DNA of 24,292 bases from a virus (lineage: Duplodnaviria; Caudoviricetes). The notes under the pieces were generated by a model, which worked only from the letters and a program-made list of their open reading frames with translations, did not search any database and had not been told where the DNA came from. Below are positions 1-8,438 of the stretch, piece after piece (position 1 is the stretch's first letter; each line of letters begins with the position of its first letter). Both the position numbers and the translations under genes were made by a program. The stretch spans positions 1 through 24,292 of the IMG/VR virus record IMGVR_UViG_3300005405_000349; one strand, 5' to 3'.

Positions 1-329
1 ACCGTCACCACCTGGACCTTCATCGGCGCTGGCTCCGGCGGGTTCGGGTCCTCGCGTACGAAGACGGTCCCGAACCTGGAGCGGAGCGTCGTCTCGAGCG
101 CCGCCTCGGTGTCGGGCTTCCGGGCCGCCGCCATCGCGGCAGCCGCGGCCGCGTTGAACTGTGCGGTCGTCATGGCCGTGTTGTAGCTGAACCGGGCGTG
201 GAGCCACGTCAGCGTATAGCCGAGCTCGGGCGCGGTCGTCATGTCGTCCGTGAAGTCGAACTCGACCTGGAAGACCGCCGGGTCCTCCGTCTTCGTCGCG
301 GTGATGGAATTCTTGTCGAATCGTGCCAT
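1..329 (-). CDS. Hypothetical tail-region protein (3' end outside window)
   Basis: Not in the ORF track. ATG at 329, 2 nt after the upstream stop; open to the window edge: MARFDKNSITATKTEDPAVFQVEFDFTDDMTTAPELGYTLTWLHARFSYN... Confidence 0.75.
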   Translation of the reverse strand, partial: MARFDKNSITATKTEDPAVFQVEFDFTDDMTTAPELGYTLTWLHARFSYNTAMTTAQFNAAAAAAMAAARKPDTEAALETTLRSRFGTVFVREDPNPPEPAPMKVQVVT

Positions 330-331
330 GA

Positions 332-703
332 TCAGGGCCTCGCGTTGGTGATCTTCAGGGTCCCCTCGAACGTCTCCCCGGGATCGCAGACCTTATCGGA
401 CGTGAGCAGATGCCGGATCCCCATCACGTCATCGGCATTGAAGACCGCCATCTCCCGGACCGTCCTGGTGGCCGTTGCGGTGAACTCGTGGAGCCACTGG
501 CAGATCCCCGTGGGGACGTAGGTGGCCGTCACCGTGGCGCGCTCGAAACCGCCGTCCGTGAGCTCGGCCGCAAGGGTCGTCTGGGTCGTGGCCTCGGCCG
601 TCGACCCGCTCCCGACGGCGAAGTCGGTATAGGGGGCGCCTCCCGCGATCCCCCCCAGGAGCTTCGCATTGTTCACCAGTGCATCATTCGGAATTGTTGC
701 CAT
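332..703 (-). CDS. Tail-tip / tail-collar-fibre-like protein
   Basis: 123 aa; AVGSG..A..TQTTL..E and 'TVREMAVFN' resemble the phage tail-collar fibre N-terminal motif; AGGAGGT SD; lies downstream of the tape measure. Confidence 0.65.
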   Translation of the reverse strand: MATIPNDALVNNAKLLGGIAGGAPYTDFAVGSGSTAEATTQTTLAAELTDGGFERATVTATYVPTGICQWLHEFTATATRTVREMAVFNADDVMGIRHLLTSDKVCDPGETFEGTLKITNARP

Positions 704-848
704 TGTCGTACACCTCCTGATCGACGAGGACCATCCCCCCGTCCGGGCCGGGGGCGTACTTCGCCCATTCCCGGCTCTTGATCGTCCCGTCCTTCCTCCG
801 CACGACGGCCTCGATCTCGACCTCGTACGCCTGCCCCGCCTCGCTCAT
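684..848 (-). CDS. Small hypothetical tail-region protein (54 aa)
   Basis: MSEAGQAYEVEIEAVVRRKDGTIKSREW...; ATG at 848 overlaps the upstream TGA (ATGA); C-terminal part of track ORF 684..1091. Confidence 0.7.
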   Translation of the reverse strand: MSEAGQAYEVEIEAVVRRKDGTIKSREWAKYAPGPDGGMVLVDQEVYDNGNNSE

Positions 849-1177
849 GCCGTTTCCTGGACAAAGGTGATCTTCAGGCTGTACCAGCCCCCGCCGAGGG
901 CCTTGATCTTCGACGTCCCCTTGATGGCGACGTTCGTATGGGCCGTGCCGTCGATCGAGAGCGTGCCCAGGGTCCCGGTCGTCTGGACCGCCAGCTTGCC
1001 CGAGAGCAGGCGGGAGGTCGTCGTGACGCCGGCCAGAGCCGTGATCGCCGTGAGGGCAGAGAGATCCTGCGAGAGGCACTCGAAGGTCCACTCGTGGTCG
1101 TCCCCCGCCTCCACCGAGATCTCGAGCGGGGACGGGTTCGGCAGGACCACGGACGTGGTCGAGAAGTAGATCGTCAT
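845..1177 (-). CDS. Putative distal tail (Dit-like) protein
   Basis: 110 aa, beta-rich (MTIYFSTTSVVLPNP...WYSLKITFVQE); directly follows the tape measure via an ATGA overlap. Function assigned by position. Confidence 0.6.
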   Translation of the reverse strand: MTIYFSTTSVVLPNPSPLEISVEAGDDHEWTFECLSQDLSALTAITALAGVTTTSRLLSGKLAVQTTGTLGTLSIDGTAHTNVAIKGTSKIKALGGGWYSLKITFVQETA

Positions 1178-3246
1178 ACGGTCGACCTGTAGCCCCGGGC
1201 GATCCGGTCGCCCCGGTTCTTCGCCGCGATATCGTCGAGCATGTCGCCGGCCGTGTAGTCCTGCGAGAGGGTCGCGTTGACCGTCACGTTCCAGGTGTCG
1301 CCGCCGCCCCCGCCGCCGGCCGCTGCGCCGGTCCCGACGCCCGGGGCGGCCGAGGCGATCTCGCCGGCCACGGCCGAGGCCGCGCCCTTCGCCTGGCTGC
1401 CCGCCTCGGTGAGCGGGTCGACCACGTACGCGGACCAGTTCGGCATCTCCCGCAGCGGCCCCTCCTCGGCCGGCGAGTGCGGGAAGAAGCCGCCGATGAT
1501 GCCCGCGATCGTGCCGACCGCCTGGCGGAGGATCTCGATCCCGCCGACGATCCCCTGGACCAGGGCGTTGATCAGGGAGACCCCCGCCGCCTGCATCCCG
1601 GAGGAGAGGTAGGTCGAGGCTTCGCCCGTGATCGTGTTCCAGAGGCCGCCGAACCACCCGGTGATCGCCCCGCCTGCAGTCGACAGAGCGCCCGAGATCG
1701 AGCCGCCGAGACCCGCGAAGGAGGCGGCCACCCCCGAGATATCAGGGGCGCCGATCGGTGGGAAGGCGAAGGCATACGAGGCGATCGTGGTGCCGATCCC
1801 CGAGAGGCCCTGGGAGACCCAGGTGCCGGCGTCGGAGAAGGCCGTTGCGAGGCCGGAGGTCAGGGGCCCCCATGCGGCCCCGGCCTGCCCCGCGATACGG
1901 CCGACGTCCTCCGGGATCCGCTCCCACTCTCCCGTGACGATATCGATCGCGGCCGCCCCGACCATGCCGAGCGGGGCGAAGAGGACCTGAGCCGCTGCCG
2001 CGATCGTCGGGTTGCCGGATCGGAAGGTGTCGCCGGCCGCCTTCACGGCGTCGAGCGCCCCGGACTTCACCAGGACGTAGACGCCGGCGAGGCCGAGGGC
2101 CAGGCCCCCTGCGAGGCCGGCTGCCATGCTCCCGGCCGCCGACCCGCCGATGGTCGAGAGCGTCCCCCCAAGGCCCGAGAGCCCGGACGAGATCCCCCCC
2201 GTGATCGCCGAGCCGACCGAGGCTGCGGCCCCGGTGATCGTCCCGGTTGCCCCCGAGAGGGCCGAGGCGATCGAGCCGCCGAGGAGGGTGTCGAGGCCGG
2301 CCACTCCGAGGATCGCCGGGCCGAGATTCGCCAGGCCCCCGATCACCCCGCTGATCGGGTCCAGCAGGCCGCCGAAGCCGGTCGTGAGCTTCGCGAGCCC
2401 GACCTCGGCGCCGGCCGTCGCGGAGACCCCCCGGTTGGTGGCCTCCGCCCACTTGTCGGCGGTCCCGGTCGCTGAGGAGATCTTCCCCTCGGCGGTCGTG
2501 AGAGCCGAGCCCTGCACCCCGATCGCGGCGGCGAGCTCCTCGGTCGAGATCTTCCCGTCCTTGTTCGCGTCGGAGGTCTCCGAGATCGCGGAGGTCAGGA
2601 CGGAGAACATCTTCCGGCCGTCGTACCCGGCGTCCTTCATCACGATCAGCGAGGCGCCGATGTCCTCCATCGTGAGGCCGAAGCCCGAGGCGGTCGGGCC
2701 GATCTTCTTCATGGCCCCGGAGAAGTCCTCGATGTCGACCCCGGACTCGTGGAAGACCGAGGCGAGCATGTCGACCTTCCCGGGGACCTCGTCCATCGAG
2801 ATCCCGAAGGCGTTGAAGGCGGGGATCAGCTGGTCCGTGATCGCGTCGGTCGGCATGTCGAGGCCGTCCGCGAGGGTGTCGAAGGCGGAGGCCGTTGCGA
2901 GGATCCCGGCCTCCGAGGTCATCCCCTCCCGGCCGAGCCGTTCGATCGTCCCTGCCGCCTCGGTGAGCGGCGTATCAGCGGTCCAGAGGGCGGAGGTGAG
3001 GGCCCGGACGGCCGTCTCGGAGAGACCCGTCGAGAGGGCGGCGCGGGCCGTGACGGAGTCGAACTCCTTGGCCTGGTCGATCGGCCCCACCATCGACTGA
3101 GCCAGCTCCGAGGCCGCGAGGCCGCCGTCCGTGAGCTTCTGCTTCCACGTCCCGACGCTCCGCCCGGACGAGTCGAGCGGTCCGCTCATCTCGTCCTTCA
3201 GGCGGAGCAGGACGTAGAGGTCAGCGAGAGCCCCGGATACTGTCAT
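1174..3246 (-). CDS. Tail tape measure protein
   Basis: 690 aa, Ala/Gly/Ser-rich helical protein with hydrophobic stretches; N-terminal 'L.LKDEMSGPL'; C-terminal 'FFPHSPAEEGPL' motif; follows the tail chaperone. Confidence 0.93.
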   Translation of the reverse strand: MTVSGALADLYVLLRLKDEMSGPLDSSGRSVGTWKQKLTDGGLAASELAQSMVGPIDQAKEFDSVTARAALSTGLSETAVRALTSALWTADTPLTEAAGTIERLGREGMTSEAGILATASAFDTLADGLDMPTDAITDQLIPAFNAFGISMDEVPGKVDMLASVFHESGVDIEDFSGAMKKIGPTASGFGLTMEDIGASLIVMKDAGYDGRKMFSVLTSAISETSDANKDGKISTEELAAAIGVQGSALTTAEGKISSATGTADKWAEATNRGVSATAGAEVGLAKLTTGFGGLLDPISGVIGGLANLGPAILGVAGLDTLLGGSIASALSGATGTITGAAASVGSAITGGISSGLSGLGGTLSTIGGSAAGSMAAGLAGGLALGLAGVYVLVKSGALDAVKAAGDTFRSGNPTIAAAAQVLFAPLGMVGAAAIDIVTGEWERIPEDVGRIAGQAGAAWGPLTSGLATAFSDAGTWVSQGLSGIGTTIASYAFAFPPIGAPDISGVAASFAGLGGSISGALSTAGGAITGWFGGLWNTITGEASTYLSSGMQAAGVSLINALVQGIVGGIEILRQAVGTIAGIIGGFFPHSPAEEGPLREMPNWSAYVVDPLTEAGSQAKGAASAVAGEIASAAPGVGTGAAAGGGGGGDTWNVTVNATLSQDYTAGDMLDDIAAKNRGDRIARGYRSTV

Positions 3247-3394
3247 GCTCCTTCTTTGCCTCCTCGTTCAGACTGTTCCAGGCCGCGATCAGGTACGCGA
3301 TCTCCTCGTCGGAGCAGCGCCCGAGCTCATGAGGGAGCTTCGCCAGGTAGTGGCAGAGCTGCAGAAAGTTTCGCCCGCCGGCCCGCGAGCCGAA
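3221..3394 (-). CDS. Frameshift extension of the tail assembly chaperone (gpGT-like, +1 frame)
   Basis: Start-less frame FGSRAGGRNFLQLCHYLAKLPHELGRCSDEEIAYLIAAWNSLNEEAKKEHDSIRGSR*, entered by a +1 slip at GCC-TTT-CGG (3390-3398); bridges chaperone and tape measure. Confidence 0.75.
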   Translation of the reverse strand, partial: FGSRAGGRNFLQLCHYLAKLPHELGRCSDEEIAYLIAAWNSLNEEAKKEHDSIRGSR

Positions 3395-3821
3395 AGGCAC
3401 GGGCCTGCATCACCCGCTCCGCGTTGGCCTCGTTGGCCGCGTCCTGGAAGAGGGCGATCACAGACGACGAGAAGCCGCCCTGGATCCAGTAGTCCGGACC
3501 GAGCTCGGGATCCTTGCAGAGGGAGCCGATGATCTCGCAGATCTCCCGGGTGATGACCTGGACCTCGTCCGGGTCCCGGGACCGAACCATCTCGAGCTGC
3601 GCCGCGACCAGGCGTTCGATCTCGCCGAAGAGGGGGATCCGGATCTCGACCGGGATCGGCTGCTCGGGGGTCCCGAGGTCGATCGTCGCCGTCTCGGCCA
3701 TCGCCCGCCGGAGGAGGCGCTGCCGGACGGTGAGGTCATCCCACGGGACTCGCTCCGCCTCCTGGTCGGCCGCCTCGAACCGGGCCGAGATCGAGGGGTT
3801 GTCGATCACCTCGCTGCTCAT
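3327..3821 (-). CDS. Tail assembly chaperone (gpG-like)
   Basis: 164 aa acidic protein MSSEVIDNPSIS...; ATGA overlap with the tail tube gene; sits between tail tube and tape measure. Confidence 0.8.
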   Translation of the reverse strand: MSSEVIDNPSISARFEAADQEAERVPWDDLTVRQRLLRRAMAETATIDLGTPEQPIPVEIRIPLFGEIERLVAAQLEMVRSRDPDEVQVITREICEIIGSLCKDPELGPDYWIQGGFSSSVIALFQDAANEANAERVMQARAFRLAGRRAKLSAALPLPGEAPS

Positions 3822-4540
3822 GCGAGGTTGACCTCGATCAGGTAGTCGACCGCGTACTTGAACGAGTCCTTGTAGAAGTCCTCGGCGTTCGACTCCTTGC
3901 TCATGTCCGTGGCCTGCGCCCCGACGAGGGCCCACTTGTAGATCGGCGTCCCGGCCGCGTTGCGGCGGATCCCGAGCAGGCAGCCGATCTTCTTGAAGCC
4001 CCGGTACTTGTTGGTCCAGGTCGTCTTCGTGCCCGTGGGCGAGCCCGTGAGCTGGTCCCCGAGGTTGGCCGCCACGAAGGCCTGGTCGTACGTGAACCGC
4101 TCGAGCTCGGCCGTATTCTCGGCGGCCCCCACGGCCGATATCTTCGTCGCCTGCCCGTGGACCGCGGCGGTCTTCGTGTCGGCCTTCGCCCCGCTCTTGA
4201 CGTTGCCGCAGGAGGCGATGTGCGTCAGGGGCGTGGTCGACGTCTTCACGTAGTCCACGATCAGGATGTCGCCCTCCGTGATCCCGGCGTAGCCGACGAA
4301 GTCCGTCCCGGTCACTTCCGTGGCCGGCGTGTTCTTGTCGGTCTTGTAGTTGATGATCGCCGTCGCGACCCCGTCCACCGTCCCCACGACGAGGCCGTAC
4401 TCGGCCGTCCCCGTGAGGGCAGCCCCGCCGGCCGTCACCATGCCGGCCGTGACCGTGATCGTCTCCGTGGCGACCTCCGCCCCGTGATACCACTTCACTT
4501 CCTGGCCCTTCGGAATGTCGGACCCTACAATGTCTGCCAT
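3818..4540 (-). CDS. Major tail (tube) protein
   Basis: 240 aa, Thr/Gly/Ala-rich and beta-rich; GAGGT SD; lies between tail terminator and chaperone. Confidence 0.8.
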   Translation of the reverse strand: MADIVGSDIPKGQEVKWYHGAEVATETITVTAGMVTAGGAALTGTAEYGLVVGTVDGVATAIINYKTDKNTPATEVTGTDFVGYAGITEGDILIVDYVKTSTTPLTHIASCGNVKSGAKADTKTAAVHGQATKISAVGAAENTAELERFTYDQAFVAANLGDQLTGSPTGTKTTWTNKYRGFKKIGCLLGIRRNAAGTPIYKWALVGAQATDMSKESNAEDFYKDSFKYAVDYLIEVNLA

Positions 4541-4543
4541 GAG

Positions 4544-4987
4544 TTACACCTCTCTGAATTCGAGGAGGACGTCCGCCGGGACGTGCAGCCACCGGGTCTT
4601 GTCCTCGATTAACCGGGGGGCGTCGGCCACCTCGGACTTCGTGATGCTGTACACAGTCGAGCCGATCTCCCACCGCTCCGGCGTGAAGCCGACCCGGGGC
4701 TTGTGGAAGATCGACCCGACCGCCGAGGCGAGCCGCTCGACTGCCGACGGCGACCGGACTCCGTTCATGTCCCGCGGGGGGTCGTCCCAGCAGGAGCACT
4801 GAACCCGGGCCTTGTGGGCGCCGGGGACCTGCGGGTCCGGGATGTCGCTGATCTTGTGGAGCGTGATCGCGGGGAGCGTCTCCCCGAGCGGGACCTCGTC
4901 GTAAAAGACCCGGGCGCCGATGAGGGCGTACACGGCCGAGGTCGTGGCCACGAGCTTGAGCCGGACCCCCTCGTCGATCAGGGTCAT
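4544..4987 (-). CDS. Tail terminator / tail completion protein (DUF3168-like)
   Basis: 147 aa with 'V.ALIGARVFYDEVP..TLPAIT' and 'RVQCSCW', typical of this family. Confidence 0.85.
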   Translation of the reverse strand: MTLIDEGVRLKLVATTSAVYALIGARVFYDEVPLGETLPAITLHKISDIPDPQVPGAHKARVQCSCWDDPPRDMNGVRSPSAVERLASAVGSIFHKPRVGFTPERWEIGSTVYSITKSEVADAPRLIEDKTRWLHVPADVLLEFREV

Positions 4988-5466
4988 CGGATCGCCCTCG
5001 CGATCGCGGCCTCGAGCTCGTCGCGAATGATCGCGGCCACCCGGTCCTGGTTCTCATCCACGGCCGGACGGGCGAAGGGCTGAGGGGAGGAGCCCATCGT
5101 CCAGTGCCCCTCGCCGTCCTCGTCCACGTAGAACCAGCCCCCCTGCCGGCCGTTGCCGCCCTCGGCGTAGACGCCGGTCCCGTACTCCACGAAGACCGCG
5201 TAGTACTTGTTCGTCCCGACCCGGACTGCCTTCTCGGTCACCATGCCGCCCTCGGAGAAGGTCGCGTCGACGACCACCTCGGCGTTGATGGAATCGCGGA
5301 GCTCGCCCGTCCGGACCGCGGCCTTCTCCTTCATCGCCCCCTCGATGACGAGGGCCCCTTTCATGAGAGCCCCCGCCTCCGTCTCGTTGACGTTGAGGCC
5401 CAGGCTCCGGATCCTCGCCTCGAGCACGTCGAGGCCCTGGATCGACATCACCTGCGGACCGGCCAT
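4984..5466 (-). CDS. HK97 gp10-like neck/tail protein
   Basis: 160 aa; 'IQGLDVL', 'AAVRTGELRDSI', 'YAVFVEYGTG', 'PQPFARPA'. ATG at 5466 (TGATG overlap). Confidence 0.9.
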   Translation of the reverse strand: MAGPQVMSIQGLDVLEARIRSLGLNVNETEAGALMKGALVIEGAMKEKAAVRTGELRDSINAEVVVDATFSEGGMVTEKAVRVGTNKYYAVFVEYGTGVYAEGGNGRQGGWFYVDEDGEGHWTMGSSPQPFARPAVDENQDRVAAIIRDELEAAIARAIR

Positions 5467-5720
5467 CAGATCCTCCCGAGGAGCCATGCGAAGATGGTCG
5501 CGATGACCCCGCCGAGGATGGAGGCCACGATCGCGATCCCGGCCACGACCCCCGACCCGTAGGACTGCTTCCCCTCGAGCACGCGGAGCCGGGACTCCAT
5601 GTCCAGCTTGCAAATGCGGTCCTGGTCGATGTAGTCGGTCAGCTTATCGGTCAGGTTCTTCCAGTCGGTCCGGAGCGCGGCGAGCTCGACCAGGGCCCGG
5701 GTCTCAGGGGTATCGGTCAC
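5466..5720 (-). CDS. Coiled-coil protein with C-terminal transmembrane helix (XhlA/holin-like architecture)
   Basis: 84 aa from GTG 5720 (GTGA overlap, GGAGG SD): ...MESRLRVLEGKQSYGSGVVAGIAIVASILGGVIATIFAWLLGRI. Confidence 0.7.
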   Translation of the reverse strand: MTDTPETRALVELAALRTDWKNLTDKLTDYIDQDRICKLDMESRLRVLEGKQSYGSGVVAGIAIVASILGGVIATIFAWLLGRI

Positions 5721-6055
5721 TGGATCGCCTCCAGGTCGGCCCGGACATGCGAGGGGGTCCGCCCCTTGATCAGCTTCGCCGCCAGCACCCGGTAGGTGTG
5801 GAGGAAGCCGAGGACCAGGCCTTCGAGGACCTGCCCCTCGGTGATCGCGGTCGAGGCCGGCAGAAGGACAGAGGGGGCCCGCTGGACGTGCTCCCCGCTC
5901 TCGAGGATCAGAGTTCCGCCCTTCCCGTTCGAGAAGAGGCAACGGGACGAGGTGTACGTCTTCTGCGTCGTGAAGTGCCCCCGGTCGTCCGCCGTGCCGG
6001 TCGTCTGCTCCCCCGTCTGGATCCGGCACCACTCGATGAGCCGGGCCTCGATCAC
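5717..6055 (-). CDS. Head closure (stopper) protein, SPP1 gp16-like
   Basis: 112 aa, beta-rich ('CRIQ...DDRG...TYRVL...HVRADLE'); follows the adaptor. Confidence 0.75.
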   Translation of the reverse strand: MIEARLIEWCRIQTGEQTTGTADDRGHFTTQKTYTSSRCLFSNGKGGTLILESGEHVQRAPSVLLPASTAITEGQVLEGLVLGFLHTYRVLAAKLIKGRTPSHVRADLEAIQ

Positions 6056-6468
6056 AGGAGCGCCCCCTCGTCATCGGTGAAGGTCGGCAGGTCGTTCTGA
6101 TCGAGAGCCAGGCCCTCGATCGTCGCATCGCCGCGGACGACTCCCGCGTCCGGCGCATCGGCCACGGCCGCATAAGTGGCGAGCAGGGTCCGGTACTGGA
6201 TCAGGTAGGTGGTCGTCCCCGGGTCTTTGCTGAACTTCCAGTCTCCGCCCCGGTCCTCGCTCTTGGTTTCCAGGTCGCCCTGCTCGTCTCCCGCGTAGTA
6301 GTGGCAGATGAGGAGAGCGAGGGCGCGGTCGTAGACGGCCGGGCCGAAGCCGGGGTCCTCGAGCGTCAGGACCTCGAGGGCGATCGCGTGGTAGTACGTG
6401 AGGTCCTCGTCGGCGATCGTGATCCGCCCGCGGGAGACGGTCGAGATCGTGGCGGTAGTTACGGTCAT
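6052..6468 (-). CDS. Head-tail adaptor (DUF4054-like)
   Basis: 138 aa from ATG 6468 (ATGA overlap); 'YDRALALLICHY', 'KSE..G', 'TTYLIQYRTLL' match the adaptor pattern. Confidence 0.8.
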   Translation of the reverse strand: MTVTTATISTVSRGRITIADEDLTYYHAIALEVLTLEDPGFGPAVYDRALALLICHYYAGDEQGDLETKSEDRGGDWKFSKDPGTTTYLIQYRTLLATYAAVADAPDAGVVRGDATIEGLALDQNDLPTFTDDEGALL

Positions 6469-7169
6469 CCCGCGACCGCCCCCCCGACGAGGGCCGGGGC
6501 CACCTCGAGGACCTCGTCCCCGGTCTTCAGGATCGGATAGACGAAGACCCCCGGCCACGGTTCGGCCTGGCCTGCCAGGTCGAGAGCGAGGTATCGGCGC
6601 CGGTCAGTCGCCTGCTCGTAGGTCGTGATCAGGGGGGATGCGATCGCCCGGTCGGTCACGACCTCCTCCGCCGTGACGGAGAGGATCTTCCAGGGGGCCG
6701 AGCTCCCGAGTTCGATCCGGCCCCGGCCGTCCTGATACCAGTTGTCCGGGTTGATCCGGACGGGGTCCAGCTCGAAGAGGTCCCGCTCCTGGATGACGGC
6801 TGCGATCAGGGTGTCGGCCACCTCGCCGTAGTTGTTGTCGAAGCCGATCAGGCAGACCCCGAACTTGAAGATCGGTTCGAGGAGCGCCCGCCTCCAGGCC
6901 TGCTTCTCGTTCTTGAGGTAGACCCGATCGATGATCTCCCACAGGATCCGGGGGTTGCCCTCGAGCCTGTCGAGCCAGTGCTGCGGGACGCGGATCGCCT
7001 TGACGGCGAACCGGAGCGGGGCCTTGATCAGGTGATGAAACGCCAGCGTATCGGGGCTGGCGGCCTCCCATTCGGCGTCGGTGTTCAGGGGCGTGATCCC
7101 GAGGAAAACGTCCTCCTGGAGCCGCCTCAGCCGCCAGGTTCGATAGTAAGCACGGAGCCGCGCGAACAT
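6465..7169 (-). CDS. Hypothetical protein (234 aa) between MCP and adaptor
   Basis: Protein-like composition; AGGGGG SD; stop overlaps the adaptor ATG. No family recognised. Confidence 0.75.
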   Translation of the reverse strand: MFARLRAYYRTWRLRRLQEDVFLGITPLNTDAEWEAASPDTLAFHHLIKAPLRFAVKAIRVPQHWLDRLEGNPRILWEIIDRVYLKNEKQAWRRALLEPIFKFGVCLIGFDNNYGEVADTLIAAVIQERDLFELDPVRINPDNWYQDGRGRIELGSSAPWKILSVTAEEVVTDRAIASPLITTYEQATDRRRYLALDLAGQAEPWPGVFVYPILKTGDEVLEVAPALVGGAVAG

Positions 7170-7172
7170 CCC

Positions 7173-7198
7173 GATCCCCCTAAAAAGATAAGGAGATC
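7173..7198 (-). terminator. Hairpin with T-tract after the major capsid gene (terminator/attenuator)
   Basis: Minus strand GATCTCCTTA-TCTTTT-TAGGGGGATC: 10-bp stem with two G:U pairs; contains TTTTT (7182-7186). Confidence 0.55.
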
Positions 7199-8045
7199 AG
7201 GCGATCGCGCCAGTGATCACGTAGCAGGACTCGTTGAGGGCGCCATCAGTCTGGAAGATGGTGCTCTTCACCTGCCGGAAGACGTCCATCTGGTAGATGG
7301 TCGCGCCGCTGTTGGGGGCGTCCCACTCGCGGACCTTCACGGGGCCGTTGCCGATCACGGCTGCGAGGCCCTGCGCGGACCCGACGATGCAGGACTTGGC
7401 GGTGATCGTCCCCGTCTTGTCCACGAAGATCGGGATGTCGAAGCCGGGGACCGTCCCAACGCAGCCCTTGAGGGCCGCCGGGTTGCCCGTGCCGACCGCC
7501 TTGATCGCGTCGGTCTGGAGGTACTTCGCATGGACCGGCGGGGGCATGATGCAGAAGTCCGCCGGGTACAGCATCGCGGCAACCGCCGTCTCGATGTCAA
7601 CCAGGGGCGAATTTTCCTTGGTCGACCAGGCGCCCGCCGTGGCCCCGGTCTGCGGGGTCGTCTGGAGGGCCCGGATACACTTCTTCTCGAGCGTAAGGGC
7701 GAGCTCGCCGGCTGACGCCGCCTTCTGGATGGCGAGCGGGTCGCCGGCCTTGCTCTTGAACCCGGCCTCGTCGGACTTCGCGAGCTTCACCCTGTCCTTT
7801 TTCAGGTCGAAATCGACATGAATGAAGGTCCCGTTCTCGATGTCGGTCGTCTCGAGCTCCTCCACGTCTTCGGCGACGGAGCCGGGCTTCGTGATCGGGA
7901 TCGTGCTGACGAGCTCGGGGACCGGCGTAACGGTGAAGAGCCCTGCGATCTTCGAAAGCGCGGCGGCCTGTGTGAGGACCCCCATCGCGATGTTCGTTGC
8001 GTTGAGCGACCCCTCGATCGAGGCCGCCGTGATGATGCCTGCCAT
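7197..8045 (-). CDS. Major capsid protein (HK97 fold)
   Basis: 282 aa; 'A..V.E.E' segment, 'LKK...LAKSDEA', spine helix 'ELALTLEKKCIRAL', 'G.VGTVPGFDIPIFVD'; follows protease and decoration genes. Confidence 0.88.
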   Translation of the reverse strand: MAGIITAASIEGSLNATNIAMGVLTQAAALSKIAGLFTVTPVPELVSTIPITKPGSVAEDVEELETTDIENGTFIHVDFDLKKDRVKLAKSDEAGFKSKAGDPLAIQKAASAGELALTLEKKCIRALQTTPQTGATAGAWSTKENSPLVDIETAVAAMLYPADFCIMPPPVHAKYLQTDAIKAVGTGNPAALKGCVGTVPGFDIPIFVDKTGTITAKSCIVGSAQGLAAVIGNGPVKVREWDAPNSGATIYQMDVFRQVKSTIFQTDGALNESCYVITGAIA

Positions 8046-8438
8046 TTACGTTCCCTCCCCGAGGCCGACGTAGACGGTCCCGGTTCCGCTGCCTGCGATC
8101 GCTTCCATCGCCGTGCCAGCCACGGCCACCAGCGAGGTGGTCGCGGGGGCCGTCGCGAGCATGATGGTCCCGCCCGTGTAGGGCATGACTGTGGCGCCCT
8201 TCGGGATCGCAGTCGTCGATCCGTTCGTGACCTCCATCTTACCGAGGATCACGACCCGGCCCGTCTCGGTGTCGGCGCCCGCGTCGAGTGCGACCCCGAA
8301 CTTGCCGGTATCCCCGGACGCGACCGGGTCCCACTTCCCATCGGCCTCGATGTGAACCACGTCGCCCACGGCCACAGTCGCCCCGTAGGTCACGGGCATG
8401 ACCTCAACCTCGTCGCCCTTGATGTCACCCGCGGTCAT
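8046..8438 (-). CDS. Capsid decoration/cement protein (DUF2190-like)
   Basis: 130 aa, Gly/Ala/Thr-rich; 'VAVGDVV', 'FGVAL', 'AIPKGATV', 'VAGTAMEA'; GGAGGTGA SD; directly upstream of MCP. Confidence 0.8.
   Translation of the reverse strand: MTAGDIKGDEVEVMPVTYGATVAVGDVVHIEADGKWDPVASGDTGKFGVALDAGADTETGRVVILGKMEVTNGSTTAIPKGATVMPYTGGTIMLATAPATTSLVAVAGTAMEAIAGSGTGTVYVGLGEGT

Noticed and set aside
3327-5057. 576-aa track ORF, and similar N-terminal extensions of portal (to 13160), helicase (to 20863) and resolvase (to 21333)
   Set aside because: The extensions overlap real genes in another frame and are low-complexity; true starts are marked by stop/start overlaps or SDs.
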